From positions 787,338 through 851,337 of the forward strand of contig JBAZXR010000001.1 of the NCBI GenBank assembly GCA_041659765.1: DNA of 64,000 nt. The letters run 5' to 3'. Source of the DNA: Patescibacteria group bacterium (GTDB lineage: Bacteria; Patescibacteriota; Patescibacteriia; UBA9934). Below are positions 1 to 10,609 of the stretch, one piece after another. Made by a program: the position numbers and the translations under genes. Position 1 is the first letter of the stretch. Each line of letters opens with the position of its first letter. The notes under the pieces are model-generated. The model was not told where the DNA came from. It was given only the letters and a program-made list of their open reading frames with translations, and searched no databases.

Positions 1-1960
<1,960 letters not shown>

Positions 1961-2142
1961 AACTTCAACAGTTGTGGGTTTCACAGTGAGTACATTTCTC
2001 TATATATACGTTTCGTGACGTATGAAATTGTGAACGATCAGTGGCGGAATAGTACAGAAGCCTGAAAGCACTGTCAAGATTGGGCCTCCCCCACTTTTCC
2101 ACTGTTGCTACACAGCCAATTCTTGGCTAAGATCAAGGATAT

Positions 2143-2565
2143 ATGTTTAAAGTCTCTTTATTCACGGTCGGGACTATCCCCAAGGGCCCATTCCTAGAAA
2201 TAGCCCAAGAGTTCCAAAAACGCCTGGGAAAGTTCTCAGATTACGGGGAACGATCATTTAAGGACGAGGCAAAGCTGGTCGAGGCCATCCCATCCGGCTC
2301 GGTGGTCATCGTTCTCGACGCCGCGGGCAAAGAAATGACCTCAGAATCCCTCGCGGCTAAGCTCTCCTCCTATATAGACGCCGGTGACAAACTTGTCTTC
2401 GTGCTCGGCGGCCCGCATGGATTGTCGAATGACCTCAAGAAACGCGCCCACCTTTGCCTATCGCTTTCTCAGATGACGACAACGCATGATTTGGCGCACC
2501 TGTTCTTTTTGGAACAATTGTATCGAGGGTTTACCATCGTCAAAGGGATCCAATACCATTATTAA
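2143..2565 (+). CDS. rlmH: 23S rRNA (pseudouridine1915-N3)-methyltransferase RlmH (SPOUT family)
   Basis: 140 aa; overall similarity to RlmH (FVLGGPHGLS..., C-terminal knot region); typical size; divergent from the 23S 5' end. Confidence 0.8.
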   Translation: MFKVSLFTVGTIPKGPFLEIAQEFQKRLGKFSDYGERSFKDEAKLVEAIPSGSVVIVLDAAGKEMTSESLAAKLSSYIDAGDKLVFVLGGPHGLSNDLKKRAHLCLSLSQMTTTHDLAHLFFLEQLYRGFTIVKGIQYHY

Positions 2566-2776
2566 TTTGATGTCACAATGACGTGGTGTGATTCGGAAGA
2601 TGGATTCATATTCGGGCGCCACGTACGTCCACGGATAATCCCGCCGATGTTTTACAATCCCATGTTTGACGGCATTATTGGCCACATAAAGCATCCGTTC
2701 CGCGATGATGCGCGGCAACGGATCTTCAGAAATGCGTTTGTGGTATCTGAGTGACTGCATAGACAGGATGTTAAAA

Positions 2777-2815
2777 ACAAATCCAAACTCCGCATTTCTG
2801 GGGAGTTTGGATTTA
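2777..2815 (-). terminator. putative rho-independent terminator of lipoprotein gene
   Basis: Inverted repeat aaatccaaactcc...ggagtttggattt; on the minus strand it is followed by a T-rich run. Confidence 0.4.
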
Positions 2816-2887
2816 TTTGCCCGCGGATTGCTCCTTGGGATGCTTCTAAGGATGTGAATAGGTGAGAACACCCAGTCAATTCTTCGA

Positions 2888-3400
2888 CTAATTAACAACA
2901 CTTTCCGTAACCATGACCCCAGTTGGTCCGCCGTCTTCACCGGCGGAGACAATGACAGCCAGGTTTAAACTGCCGTTTTCGTACATCTTAGTAGCCATCC
3001 CGCGAGCAGAGTACGCCCCGGAAACCGTCCAACCAGCAGCCAGTAATTTTGCATCATACCAACTAGCTGCTTCCTCAACGGTCTTGTCAGTGGTCAGTGA
3101 GATCCAGGAACCTTCCTTAAGCGTCACGGCGACCCCAAGAATTTTTGCCCCATCAAGAACCGGGATCTCTTTAGGGAAGTTATCAGGCAGCTGTACGTTC
3201 TCTCCAAAGCTAGCTGAAGTGCCTTCTTCGTCGTTATTGATAGTGATACCGTTATTATCTAAATCAACGGTGGCGTCACCCTTTAACTCAGAGTTAATCT
3301 TATTCTCCACGGCTCCTTGAATAAGCGACTGCGGGGTAGGAATACAACCAGCACCAAGGAGAAGTAGTGAGGCGGAGGCAAGAACCAAAGCTTTTTTCAT
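2888..3400 (-). CDS. hypothetical lipoprotein
   Basis: 170 aa ORF; N-terminal MKKALVLASASLLLLGAGC lipobox-type signal peptide. Confidence 0.6.
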   Translation of the reverse strand: MKKALVLASASLLLLGAGCIPTPQSLIQGAVENKINSELKGDATVDLDNNGITINNDEEGTSASFGENVQLPDNFPKEIPVLDGAKILGVAVTLKEGSWISLTTDKTVEEAASWYDAKLLAAGWTVSGAYSARGMATKMYENGSLNLAVIVSAGEDGGPTGVMVTESVVN

Positions 3401-3406
3401 ATACCT

Positions 3407-4003
3407 CTACTTTATCATGTCCGCGTATTCGTCAGCCAGTGACATCCCCGGGGCATATTCAACCGGTTCGCGGGAAATATCGAGAATCGTGTCCAAGATG
3501 ACCTGATATTCCGAGCCGTCAAAATGTCCGCCAGTCTCAGGAGCGACTAATTTAGCGTGGAACACTTCAGCATATCGCTTGGCGTGCTCGAACGGAATCA
3601 CTGGATCATTCTGGGCGTGAATAACCACAAACTTACTAGCTCGCCACATGAGAACGTCATGATCGAGTTCGGTCAAAAAGAATCCACGAAACTTTTCATC
3701 TTTAATCATCCAGGGAGTAGAAATCAAGATGCAAGCATGCGGGGTTGTTCTAGCGGGAGCAGCTTCGAGGAACCGCAAAGCTGTTGCTCCGCCAAGCGAG
3801 TGACCAATAATGATGTCCTCGTGCGTTAGAGGGCCAAGGGAATCGAGCACAGCCTTTGTCCAGGCATCGCGATCTGGCTCGGCTGGGTTTGGTAATTCAG
3901 GCATCACGACCTCAAACCGACGGTCGATCAATTCGCGTTTCAACCACGGCCAAAAGTTGGACTCGGGAGAAGATTTATAACCGTGGATCAGAATTGCGCG
4001 CAT
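3407..4003 (-). CDS. alpha/beta-fold serine hydrolase, YdeN/RBBP9-like
   Basis: Start moved to the internal MRAILIHGY. GHSLGG nucleophile elbow and a later His. ORF-track upstream extension lacks an RBS-like context. Confidence 0.6.
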   Translation of the reverse strand: MRAILIHGYKSSPESNFWPWLKRELIDRRFEVVMPELPNPAEPDRDAWTKAVLDSLGPLTHEDIIIGHSLGGATALRFLEAAPARTTPHACILISTPWMIKDEKFRGFFLTELDHDVLMWRASKFVVIHAQNDPVIPFEHAKRYAEVFHAKLVAPETGGHFDGSEYQVILDTILDISREPVEYAPGMSLADEYADMIK

Positions 4004-4100
4004 AGGAATATGCGTAGAGTAAAGGATTAAAGCGTAAAGAGTAAAGCCCTGAAACAAAAAAACCCGGCCGGAGCCGGGCATTTTGTTCGAGTGGGCTCGA

Positions 4101-5267
4101 CTATTTTCCCATCATCTTACCTGCCATGTCGCTCATGGAAGGCATCTTTGGCATCTTAACCCTGTCCTTATTCTTATACATGAGGTAGCCAATCCCACCG
4201 AGGGCGAGGGCAAGGACAATCAAGAGCGCCACAACGGAGTGCAGAATTGCAGACACGACGATCGTGATGATCGCCAGCGGCAAGGCCACGGCGAGCGTGA
4301 CGATGCTGATGGCCGTCTTACCGAGACTACCCAGAATCGGGAAGAAGTCCAAAATGATCGCGATGGGCGCCAAAATCATGGAGAGGCCAATCCACATCAT
4401 CATGAAACCGACCAAGCGGAAGATCCAGAGCATCATGACAAATTCGCCATGCATGGTGGCGAGGGCAGCCGAGCGGTTGCCAGTGAAGACGCGGTAGAGC
4501 GTGTTGCCCTTAGCGTCCGTGTATTTGGTAATCTTAGCACCGTGGAGTTCACCGAATACTGTACCATCGAAGCCTGCTTCAAGTGCCGTGTAGCTGACGC
4601 GCTGATCACCGACAATCGAGTTAGAAGGGCTAGCGTTATTCAAGTACACCGCGTTGCTGGAAACTGTTGCGCCCACTGGAGCCACAATGTTCGTGGTCGT
4701 GAGAACAACCGGAGCTTCGCCAGGGAGCGAAACGGTCTTGCCATCAAGCGAGTACACTCCAACTTTCAATGTGCCAACCTGGTAGTCACCAGCTTCTGCA
4801 GTCAAAGTTGGGTTCTGATGACCAGCTGGTTCCTTAAATGAGCTGGAGTTCTGTGGAGTGGAGGTCCATTCTTTCACGTAGGTGTACGTGGTGGTGGTCG
4901 TTTCCGATCCGCCGGTGTTGCTTTGCTTCTTTTCTTCTTTCTTTTCTACCCAAGCGTACATTTCTGCTTTGCGGGAGATGGAGAGATACTTCCCGGGAAC
5001 AAACATCGTGCCGTCACCGAGCGATTCATCACTAGTCACTGTCCCGCTCGCTGAAACGAAGGCTCCATCCTGGTCCTTCGCCAATTCGGTCCCACTAATT
5101 TCAATCGACTTCTTGGCGATAGACGAAAGATCAACCCGTCCCTCGTTCCAAAACAACACACCGAACGAGACAATAAAAAGAAGGAATCCAACCAGGACTC
5201 CTTGAATAGATGACATGATGCGTGAACCGTAGCCTTGCGTGGTCACCGTGGTTACTTGGTCTACCAT
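4101..5267 (-). CDS. membrane protein: N-terminal TM anchor, large extracytoplasmic domain, C-terminal polytopic region (TMEM43/DUF1625-like architecture, tentative)
   Basis: 388 aa; hydrophobic segment at residues about 20-40 and a cluster of four or so TM helices at the C-terminus. Confidence 0.55.
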   Translation of the reverse strand: MVDQVTTVTTQGYGSRIMSSIQGVLVGFLLFIVSFGVLFWNEGRVDLSSIAKKSIEISGTELAKDQDGAFVSASGTVTSDESLGDGTMFVPGKYLSISRKAEMYAWVEKKEEKKQSNTGGSETTTTTYTYVKEWTSTPQNSSSFKEPAGHQNPTLTAEAGDYQVGTLKVGVYSLDGKTVSLPGEAPVVLTTTNIVAPVGATVSSNAVYLNNASPSNSIVGDQRVSYTALEAGFDGTVFGELHGAKITKYTDAKGNTLYRVFTGNRSAALATMHGEFVMMLWIFRLVGFMMMWIGLSMILAPIAIILDFFPILGSLGKTAISIVTLAVALPLAIITIVVSAILHSVVALLIVLALALGGIGYLMYKNKDRVKMPKMPSMSDMAGKMMGK

Positions 5268-5303
5268 AAGAAAAATTAATTACTCCTTGGGTCGTATTTT
5301 ACC

Positions 5304-6296
5304 TTAATTCTTAGAAATTACAATCATAGCCGTGGGTAAAGCCGTGAGTGGCGCGTTATCACCAGATGGATAATCGCGAAGCGCAGAAGCAACGGTTACT
5401 GCTGAATACCTATAGTGTTCACCTACCCTGGTTCCAGGATCGTTCGTTATAAACTCGTCGGTTGATTCGTCGAAGCCAGTGACAACCAACATATGACGAG
5501 CCGGCCCACCGGCAGTAAAGTTTGGATTGTTGAGTTTGGTGCCGTCGAGCGGGATCAGCACAAGCTTGCCGAGGTTCAACTCAGCCTTAATTTCTGCAAT
5601 ACCGATATTTTTCTTCACCTCGAAGTTTTCGAAACCGAGGTATCGTCGGACAAGTCGGTCAGCGGTGTCGTCGATCGACGTGTCCATGAATGCACCGAAG
5701 GTCGATTTCTCCCAGTCTGACATACTGATAATCGCCGATCTTGCTTCTTCGAGCGTAAACCTCTCTCCCCTCGCCCACTTTACCGCCATAAAGGCCGAAG
5801 CCTCTTCACAACCTTCCTGCTGACGAGGATCTGACCATTCGCCAAAAGGGGCTTGCGACGTGAACTGAACCCCCTCTATCCCCCTGGAAGGGGGAAGGAG
5901 CGAAACACTCGCGACAGGCACTTTGGCCAGGTCAGCGTTTGTAATACCGAGACCAAGCTCGGACATGACTCGGAAGGCGTCAGCAGGGCGACCGAGGTAG
6001 CGAAGTTTCAAGGTGAGCGGGTCGACGTAATACGCCTTACCGTGATCCTCGACAGCCAAGAGAATCCTACCAGCCAGGCTGACCGGCAACGGACGGGCTA
6101 GATCAGCGTCTGAAATGCCCAGCGCCAAAGAACGCATAATCAGCCAAGCATCATCCGGCGAACCCAATGAGTACCTCTGTTCATTCACCGGGTTCACATA
6201 CCAAGCCCTGCCGGAATCCTCAACTGCTAGGAGTATCCGGCCAGAAAGCTGATGCGCTAGGACAAGTGCAGCCAACGAAAAAACCATATGCACCAT
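5304..6296 (-). CDS. secreted peptidase_C39-like (predicted cysteine peptidase/amidase) protein with two tandem ~57-aa N-terminal repeats
   Basis: Start set at MVHMVFSLAALVLA (signal peptide). The ORF-track N-terminal extension runs antisense through a tRNA. C-terminal QAPFGEW...GCEEASAFM...HMLVVTGFD resembles the C39_2 Cys/His arrangement. Repeat GRILLAVEDxGxAxYVxP...RYxLGxPxDAxxxMxxLxLGIxxADLA occurs twice. Confidence 0.55.
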   Translation of the reverse strand: MVHMVFSLAALVLAHQLSGRILLAVEDSGRAWYVNPVNEQRYSLGSPDDAWLIMRSLALGISDADLARPLPVSLAGRILLAVEDHGKAYYVDPLTLKLRYLGRPADAFRVMSELGLGITNADLAKVPVASVSLLPPSRGIEGVQFTSQAPFGEWSDPRQQEGCEEASAFMAVKWARGERFTLEEARSAIISMSDWEKSTFGAFMDTSIDDTADRLVRRYLGFENFEVKKNIGIAEIKAELNLGKLVLIPLDGTKLNNPNFTAGGPARHMLVVTGFDESTDEFITNDPGTRVGEHYRYSAVTVASALRDYPSGDNAPLTALPTAMIVISKN

Positions 6297-6342
6297 TCTA
6301 GCATTGCCTAAGGTCAATTTTTCGCCTACACTCCCCAAGCAT

Positions 6343-6427
6343 GGGCGAGTGGTGAAATTGGCATACACGCATGCCTTAGGAGCATGTGGAGCAATCCGTG
6401 GGGGTTCGAGTCCCCCCTCGCCCACCA
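6343..6427 (+). tRNA. tRNA-Leu (anticodon TAG)
   Basis: GGGCGAG...CTCGCCC acceptor, anticodon stem CATGC/GCATG with loop CTTAGGA, long variable arm, GGTTCGAGTCC T-loop, encoded CCA. Confidence 0.85.
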
Positions 6428-6630
6428 ACAAGATAGTAATAAAACTTCGGCGCCAAGCCGATGTTTTTAGTTATCCCCATCGCAAAATCAGAGAACGCCT
6501 AAAAATATGGTGCAATGAATGTACAAACAAATTCCCCATGGCTTGCCTCTTCCCCAAGAGGCGAGCTGTGGGGTTTGTTGTTTGCACGATCGTTTGTTGA
6601 ATCCGGTTTGCTGATCCTTAACAATTAACT

Positions 6631-8454
6631 ATGAACCTAGCATATGGACTCTTGGGAATCCTCACCTTCATGCCCGCTTTGTCTGCTCTACCCGCCAGTG
6701 CGGAAGAGGCACCCGAAGCCGCGATCATCGAAACGGCTCCTGCCGAAGCAGTGACCACCCTGACGGAGGACGCGGGAGTGCCCGCGCCCTTAGACCACCC
6801 CCCGGCCCCCTCCTTGGCAGGAGGGGAAGTAAGCGAACCACCCCTGACTGATCCGTGCGCGATCTGCCCGATCCCAGTAGTCGCCGTTGCGCCGGCTGTT
6901 CCACTGCCAGAACCCGTCGTTACTCCTGCGCCGCCGGAACCAATCGCCGTACCGGTAGCTACCATGGCTGAAGGCACGGAGGAGCCGGCGATGACGACCG
7001 CACCTATTCCCACGCCAACACTGAAACCTGCCCCATATACCGCGCAGTCCGTACTCATCAACGAATTCGTTTCTGATCCTGTAGACGGTGTTGAATGGAT
7101 CGAAATTGTGAACACCACAGAAGATGAAATCGATCTGACCGGCTGGACGGTAAAGGACGCGACAACGAGTAAAACTGCGCTTTCCACGCAATCACTTCCA
7201 GGACACGCGTACTTCGTCCTCCAAAACCCGAAAGGCAAGCTCAATAATGACGGCGATAGCATCTTCTTGTTTGACCCGACCGGCGCCACCATAGATGCGA
7301 TCTCGTATGACAAAACAACCGCGCCACAGAAAGGAAAATCGCTCGCTCGGACAGAAGACGGATCGTGGAAATCAGGAGACCCTACCCCACTAGCACCTAA
7401 CACATTGCCGACCCCTCCATCTGCCCCAGTGGCGGATGGAGCGGCCAGCTCCGAACCTACGACGTATGAGACAACACACGACACTACAGCCACTATCACT
7501 AATCCTGAACCCAATCCGGGAACGGCTCAAGGGACTGACAATGTTACCGGAACCGCATCCCCTGTTCGGGTGGAGCGCGTCACTCCGGTGGAAGAAAGCA
7601 TAAGTGCCGCGAGTACGCGGCCCGCAACCACCGACTCCCCCGTAGCCCCCTCGGGCATAGGCCCTACGGGCGAGCCCACTTTGAAAGCGGGGGAAGTACA
7701 CCAATCCACACCAGTCATCGACGCGGCGGAGATCATTAACTACGACGCGAATTCGACAGTCACTGTCGATGGCGTGCTCGTGGCAACGCCGGGAACATTC
7801 GGCAGACAGCTCGCGTACATTGACGGACTGGAAATCTACTTCAACAAAGCTGATTGGCCAAAGCTCTCGCCTATGACGCGTGTGCGCATGACCGGAACCG
7901 TAGACGTCAAAGCCAATTACACTCGCTTAAAGATCAAAAAGCGATCAGATGTCAAAATTATCGGTGATGACGCGGTTGCTCCGGACGATCTTGAAACGCT
8001 CGACGACGCCCGGCACGGACTCCTCATGAGCCTGTCCGGTTCCGTTCTAGACGTCGCCGGCAAAAAACTCACTATCGGGCTCTCTAACGGCGAACTCATT
8101 GCAGCAACCTCGGCAAAAGACGCATTAGTCGACTTTTCAGCCCTTGCTTATGATGACCAAATCGCGGTGACAGGGATCATTCGACTCGTCAAAGAAACCT
8201 GGACGCTGACGATTCTTGATCAATCAGGTTTGACCACCCTGACTGGAGGCGCGGGGGTGTCCGCGCTTACGACCACCGACTCCCCCGTAGCCCCCTCTTT
8301 GAAAGAGGGGGAAGTTCCCCACCCGCTTGCGACAATCAAAGCACCGACGAAATCGGTTCCCTGGGTTGGCGGCGGGTTACTCACTACAAGCATTGGCGCT
8401 CTTGGCTACTGGTTCGCCAAAGCTAAAGGCATTACGCTACCTTCATTCACTTAA
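6631..8454 (+). CDS. surface protein with signal peptide, Pro/Ala/Thr-rich linker, lamin-tail domain (LTD), OB-fold-like region and C-terminal TM anchor
   Basis: 607 aa; MNLAYGLLGILTFMPALSALPASA signal peptide; LINEFVSDPVDGVEWIEIVNTTEDEIDLTGWTVKD...GHAYFVLQ...NNDGDSIFLFDP matches the LTD consensus; C-terminal LLTTSIGALGYWFAKAKG hydrophobic anchor. Confidence 0.7.
   Translation: MNLAYGLLGILTFMPALSALPASAEEAPEAAIIETAPAEAVTTLTEDAGVPAPLDHPPAPSLAGGEVSEPPLTDPCAICPIPVVAVAPAVPLPEPVVTPAPPEPIAVPVATMAEGTEEPAMTTAPIPTPTLKPAPYTAQSVLINEFVSDPVDGVEWIEIVNTTEDEIDLTGWTVKDATTSKTALSTQSLPGHAYFVLQNPKGKLNNDGDSIFLFDPTGATIDAISYDKTTAPQKGKSLARTEDGSWKSGDPTPLAPNTLPTPPSAPVADGAASSEPTTYETTHDTTATITNPEPNPGTAQGTDNVTGTASPVRVERVTPVEESISAASTRPATTDSPVAPSGIGPTGEPTLKAGEVHQSTPVIDAAEIINYDANSTVTVDGVLVATPGTFGRQLAYIDGLEIYFNKADWPKLSPMTRVRMTGTVDVKANYTRLKIKKRSDVKIIGDDAVAPDDLETLDDARHGLLMSLSGSVLDVAGKKLTIGLSNGELIAATSAKDALVDFSALAYDDQIAVTGIIRLVKETWTLTILDQSGLTTLTGGAGVSALTTTDSPVAPSLKEGEVPHPLATIKAPTKSVPWVGGGLLTTSIGALGYWFAKAKGITLPSFT
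7626..7700. repeat. G/C-rich hairpin repeat, copy 1 (in-frame inside LTD gene)
   Basis: accaccgactcccccgtagccccctcgggcataggccctacgggcgagcccactttgaaagcgggggaagtacacc; shares its 5' 26 nt and 3' hairpin with copies at 8272 and 21683. Confidence 0.6.
8272..8320. repeat. G/C-rich hairpin repeat, copy 2 (in-frame inside LTD gene)
   Basis: accaccgactcccccgtagccccctctttgaaagagggggaagttcccc; contains the perfect palindrome cccctcttt-g-aaagagggg. Confidence 0.6.
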
Positions 8455-8464
8455 TATCTAACGC

Positions 8465-8486
8465 GGGTCGACGCATGGGTCGACCC
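8465..8486. repeat. 22-nt REP-like hairpin GGGTCGACGCATGGGTCGACCC (intergenic copy)
   Basis: Perfect 8-bp stem GGGTCGAC/GTCGACCC; identical 22-mer at 11479; near-identical at 62754; diverged at 21149. Confidence 0.55.
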
Positions 8487-8510
8487 CAACCTCGAAATAA
8501 TAACTATCAT

Positions 8511-8756
8511 ATGGAAAATACAAACAAGGCTCCGAAGAAGACATGGTATGACGTTCTTGAAGAACGCTATAACACTCTCATGGTGAAATTCGACATGCCG
8601 GAAGATATTGCCCACGAGATCTACAGCTTCATCAATGAAATTGCCCGAGAACAGTATAAGAGTGGCAACAAACAAGGCATTAGCTGGCTTCTCAAGAAAC
8701 AAGCGATCGAAGGTATACGACCACGAAATCTGGCCGCTGCTCCAGTCGCTGTCTAG
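8511..8756 (+). CDS. hypothetical protein
   Basis: ORF-track 8475 start lies inside the hairpin repeat, so the start was moved to MENTNK. Confidence 0.4.
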   Translation: MENTNKAPKKTWYDVLEERYNTLMVKFDMPEDIAHEIYSFINEIAREQYKSGNKQGISWLLKKQAIEGIRPRNLAAAPVAV

Positions 8757-8822
8757 CATTTACTTAAGGAAACGGGCCGGATTTTCCGGCCCGTTTCCGA
8801 GTGCTATACTCAAATTAATAAT

Positions 8823-9143
8823 TTGAAATCTATGGAAGACGCAACAAAAAATGAAATCCTCACAAAACTTGATAGCTTCCAACAAGAGAACCGAGGGCAA
8901 TTCCACGTTATGCGTGACGAATTCCAAGTAATACGTGAGGAATTCCAGGTAATGCGTGATGAATTCCACAAGATTCATGGCGAATTGAAGGTGGTCGATG
9001 CATTGCTTCACAGCGTTTCGGAAACAGCCCAACGTACAGAGATAGCCGTTGATAGACTAAACCCCGTATCTCGAGATCACGAAGAACGCATCAGTGTCCT
9101 AGAACGCTCTACGGCACGTCTACGTCTTCTTGTAGACCGCTAA
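8823..9143 (+). CDS. hypothetical coiled-coil protein containing 3 x 21-bp in-frame tandem repeat
   Basis: 106 aa; heptad-like MRDEFQVIREEFQVMRDEFHKIHGEL. Confidence 0.5.
   Translation: MKSMEDATKNEILTKLDSFQQENRGQFHVMRDEFQVIREEFQVMRDEFHKIHGELKVVDALLHSVSETAQRTEIAVDRLNPVSRDHEERISVLERSTARLRLLVDR
8910..8972. repeat. 21-bp tandem repeat x3 (atgcgtgacgaattccaagta / atacgtgaggaattccaggta / atgcgtgatgaattccacaag)
   Basis: Read directly; encodes MRDEFQV/IREEFQV/MRDEFHK. Confidence 0.7.
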
Positions 9144-9196
9144 TCTTCCAGCTGTTTGACGCTAAAAAGGCCACATGATAATCTACTGGCCGAAAC

Positions 9197-9271
9197 GCGG
9201 CGGTAGTTCAGTGGTAGAACATCTCCTTGCCAAGGAGAGGGTCGAGGGTTCGAGTCCCTTCCGCCGCTCCA
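9197..9271 (+). tRNA. tRNA-Gly (anticodon GCC)
   Basis: GCGGCGG...CCGCCGC acceptor, anticodon stem TCTCC/GGAGA with loop TTGCCAA, GGTTCGAGTCC T-loop, encoded CCA. Confidence 0.9.
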
Positions 9272-9276
9272 CAAAC

Positions 9277-9303
9277 AACTCTCGGAAACGAGGGTTTTTT
9301 GTT
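9277..9303 (+). terminator. rho-independent terminator after tRNA-Gly
   Basis: ctctcggaaacgaggg hairpin followed by ttttttgtttt. Confidence 0.5.
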
Positions 9304-9408
9304 TTGCTAAATAGTTGACATTAGCCATTTTTTTCGCTATAAACGGGCCGTCCTTTTTGGCTCGCCCGTAGGGCATAACAATCATGGGCTACGCCCGAGG
9401 GAGGTCAG

Positions 9409-10545
9409 ATGTTACTACCCACTGTTCACGACCCGAGAACCGAGATTCACGACGACGCAATTGAGTGCCTGCTCTCGGGGCGTATCTTCCGCATCACCGC
9501 GAAGGTGCACCGCTACATGCTCAAAGAGGGCATGATCCTCATGTGGAATAAGAAGCAAAGCTTGTTCCAGCTCCACGACAACGCTGATAATGCCTACCGT
9601 GCGTGTTTCCACACCATGGGAACCTACGGCTGGAATGACGTCACCGCCACGGAGGGCGAGCTCCGGCGGATCGAGGACATTAGCGCGAAGAACATGGAGC
9701 TTTGCTACTTCCTGTTCGACTGGAAGACCATGAAACCGGCGCAACGCAAGCAGTACGAGCAGACATCTCTCGAAATCGCCGCCGAACTGAAAGACGTGAC
9801 GGACGAGCACAAGGTGCGGATGCGGGACTGGACGCTCCAGGCCGCCACCGTACGCGACAGCCTCGGGCGGACGAATCCGAACGTTGCTGGTAACCGCCAG
9901 TCCGGCAGCGCACGGGAAGGCGAACAGCGTGCAGCGAATATCCGCGAAATTTGTAAGCGATACGACCCGCGCAAAGTGGTTCTCTGGGAGGAAATCCGCA
10001 AGAACGAATCGGATCTCCGTAAGGTGCTCACCGCGGTTCGGAGCGTGCTCGACATGCTCAATCGAGGTCCGGTGTCGGCAGCACCCCTCCTTGGATCGTT
10101 GCCGCCGCTCGTGGATATCCTCGGGCGCACGCACGACCTTCAGTGGCGCCACGCGTTCCGCAAAAGCGCGAATGACCTCAAGGCGGCAACCAATGCCGCG
10201 ATGAAGCAAGATCACCGTGAGATCAAGAAACGCTTGCACTGGGTCGAGGCGTCTCTCGGCAACCTAGAAAAAGAGCGCGAGCTGGCACAGTGGCGATTGG
10301 AAACGGCGATGGCCGTATCCCGCCGTCCGCACCGGAATGACGAGCTAAAGCTCCAGTTCGACCGTCTCGTAGCATTCCGACAGAGCTGCGAGGTGACGCC
10401 CGACGGCAAGTGGAAGACGGAGGTCATGAACCGCTTCCGCGAAGGTCTCGATAATGCCATCCTCGCCTGGCCCCACGTGCACGCGAGCAACAGGTCCTTC
10501 GAACTCGTGTCTGCCTGGCTCGACGAATCTATCGTCCGACTCTAG
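9409..10545 (+). CDS. hypothetical protein, markedly G+C-rich relative to flanks
   Basis: 378 aa ORF preceded by ggagg-type RBS; no recognisable domain; many antisense ORFs typical of high-GC coding; followed by hairpin ggaccgc...gcggtcc + T-run (10550-10590). Confidence 0.6.
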   Translation: MLLPTVHDPRTEIHDDAIECLLSGRIFRITAKVHRYMLKEGMILMWNKKQSLFQLHDNADNAYRACFHTMGTYGWNDVTATEGELRRIEDISAKNMELCYFLFDWKTMKPAQRKQYEQTSLEIAAELKDVTDEHKVRMRDWTLQAATVRDSLGRTNPNVAGNRQSGSAREGEQRAANIREICKRYDPRKVVLWEEIRKNESDLRKVLTAVRSVLDMLNRGPVSAAPLLGSLPPLVDILGRTHDLQWRHAFRKSANDLKAATNAAMKQDHREIKKRLHWVEASLGNLEKERELAQWRLETAMAVSRRPHRNDELKLQFDRLVAFRQSCEVTPDGKWKTEVMNRFREGLDNAILAWPHVHASNRSFELVSAWLDESIVRL

Positions 10546-10609
10546 CCTCTGGACCGCTCTGCACCTGCAGGCGGTCCGTTTATTTTGTTATGATGGATGT
10601 AACAACTCT

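Noticed and set aside
2458-2952. 164-aa minus-strand ORF between rlmH and the lipoprotein gene
   Set aside because: Overlaps the 3' 100 nt of rlmH antisense and the lipoprotein gene start. A terminator hairpin for the lipoprotein gene sits inside it, and there is no RBS or recognisable domain.
5304-6431. Full-length 375-aa ORF as given
   Set aside because: Its first 45 codons are antisense to tRNA-Leu(TAG) (the translated GGLEPP is the tRNA T-arm). Trimmed to the internal Met at 6296, which begins a signal peptide.
9140-9385. 81-aa minus-strand ORF
   Set aside because: Antisense over tRNA-Gly(GCC) and its terminator; translation contains the tRNA sequence (GRDSNPRPSPWQG).
9415-10239. Long antisense ORFs inside the G+C-rich genes (for example 9415-10239, 25154-26131, 35617-36399, 36688-37479, 26376-27185, 27172-27915)
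   Set aside because: Typical open antisense frames of high-GC coding DNA. Sense-strand genes have RBSs, signal peptides or recognisable domains, and the antisense products are Arg/Pro/His-rich nonsense.
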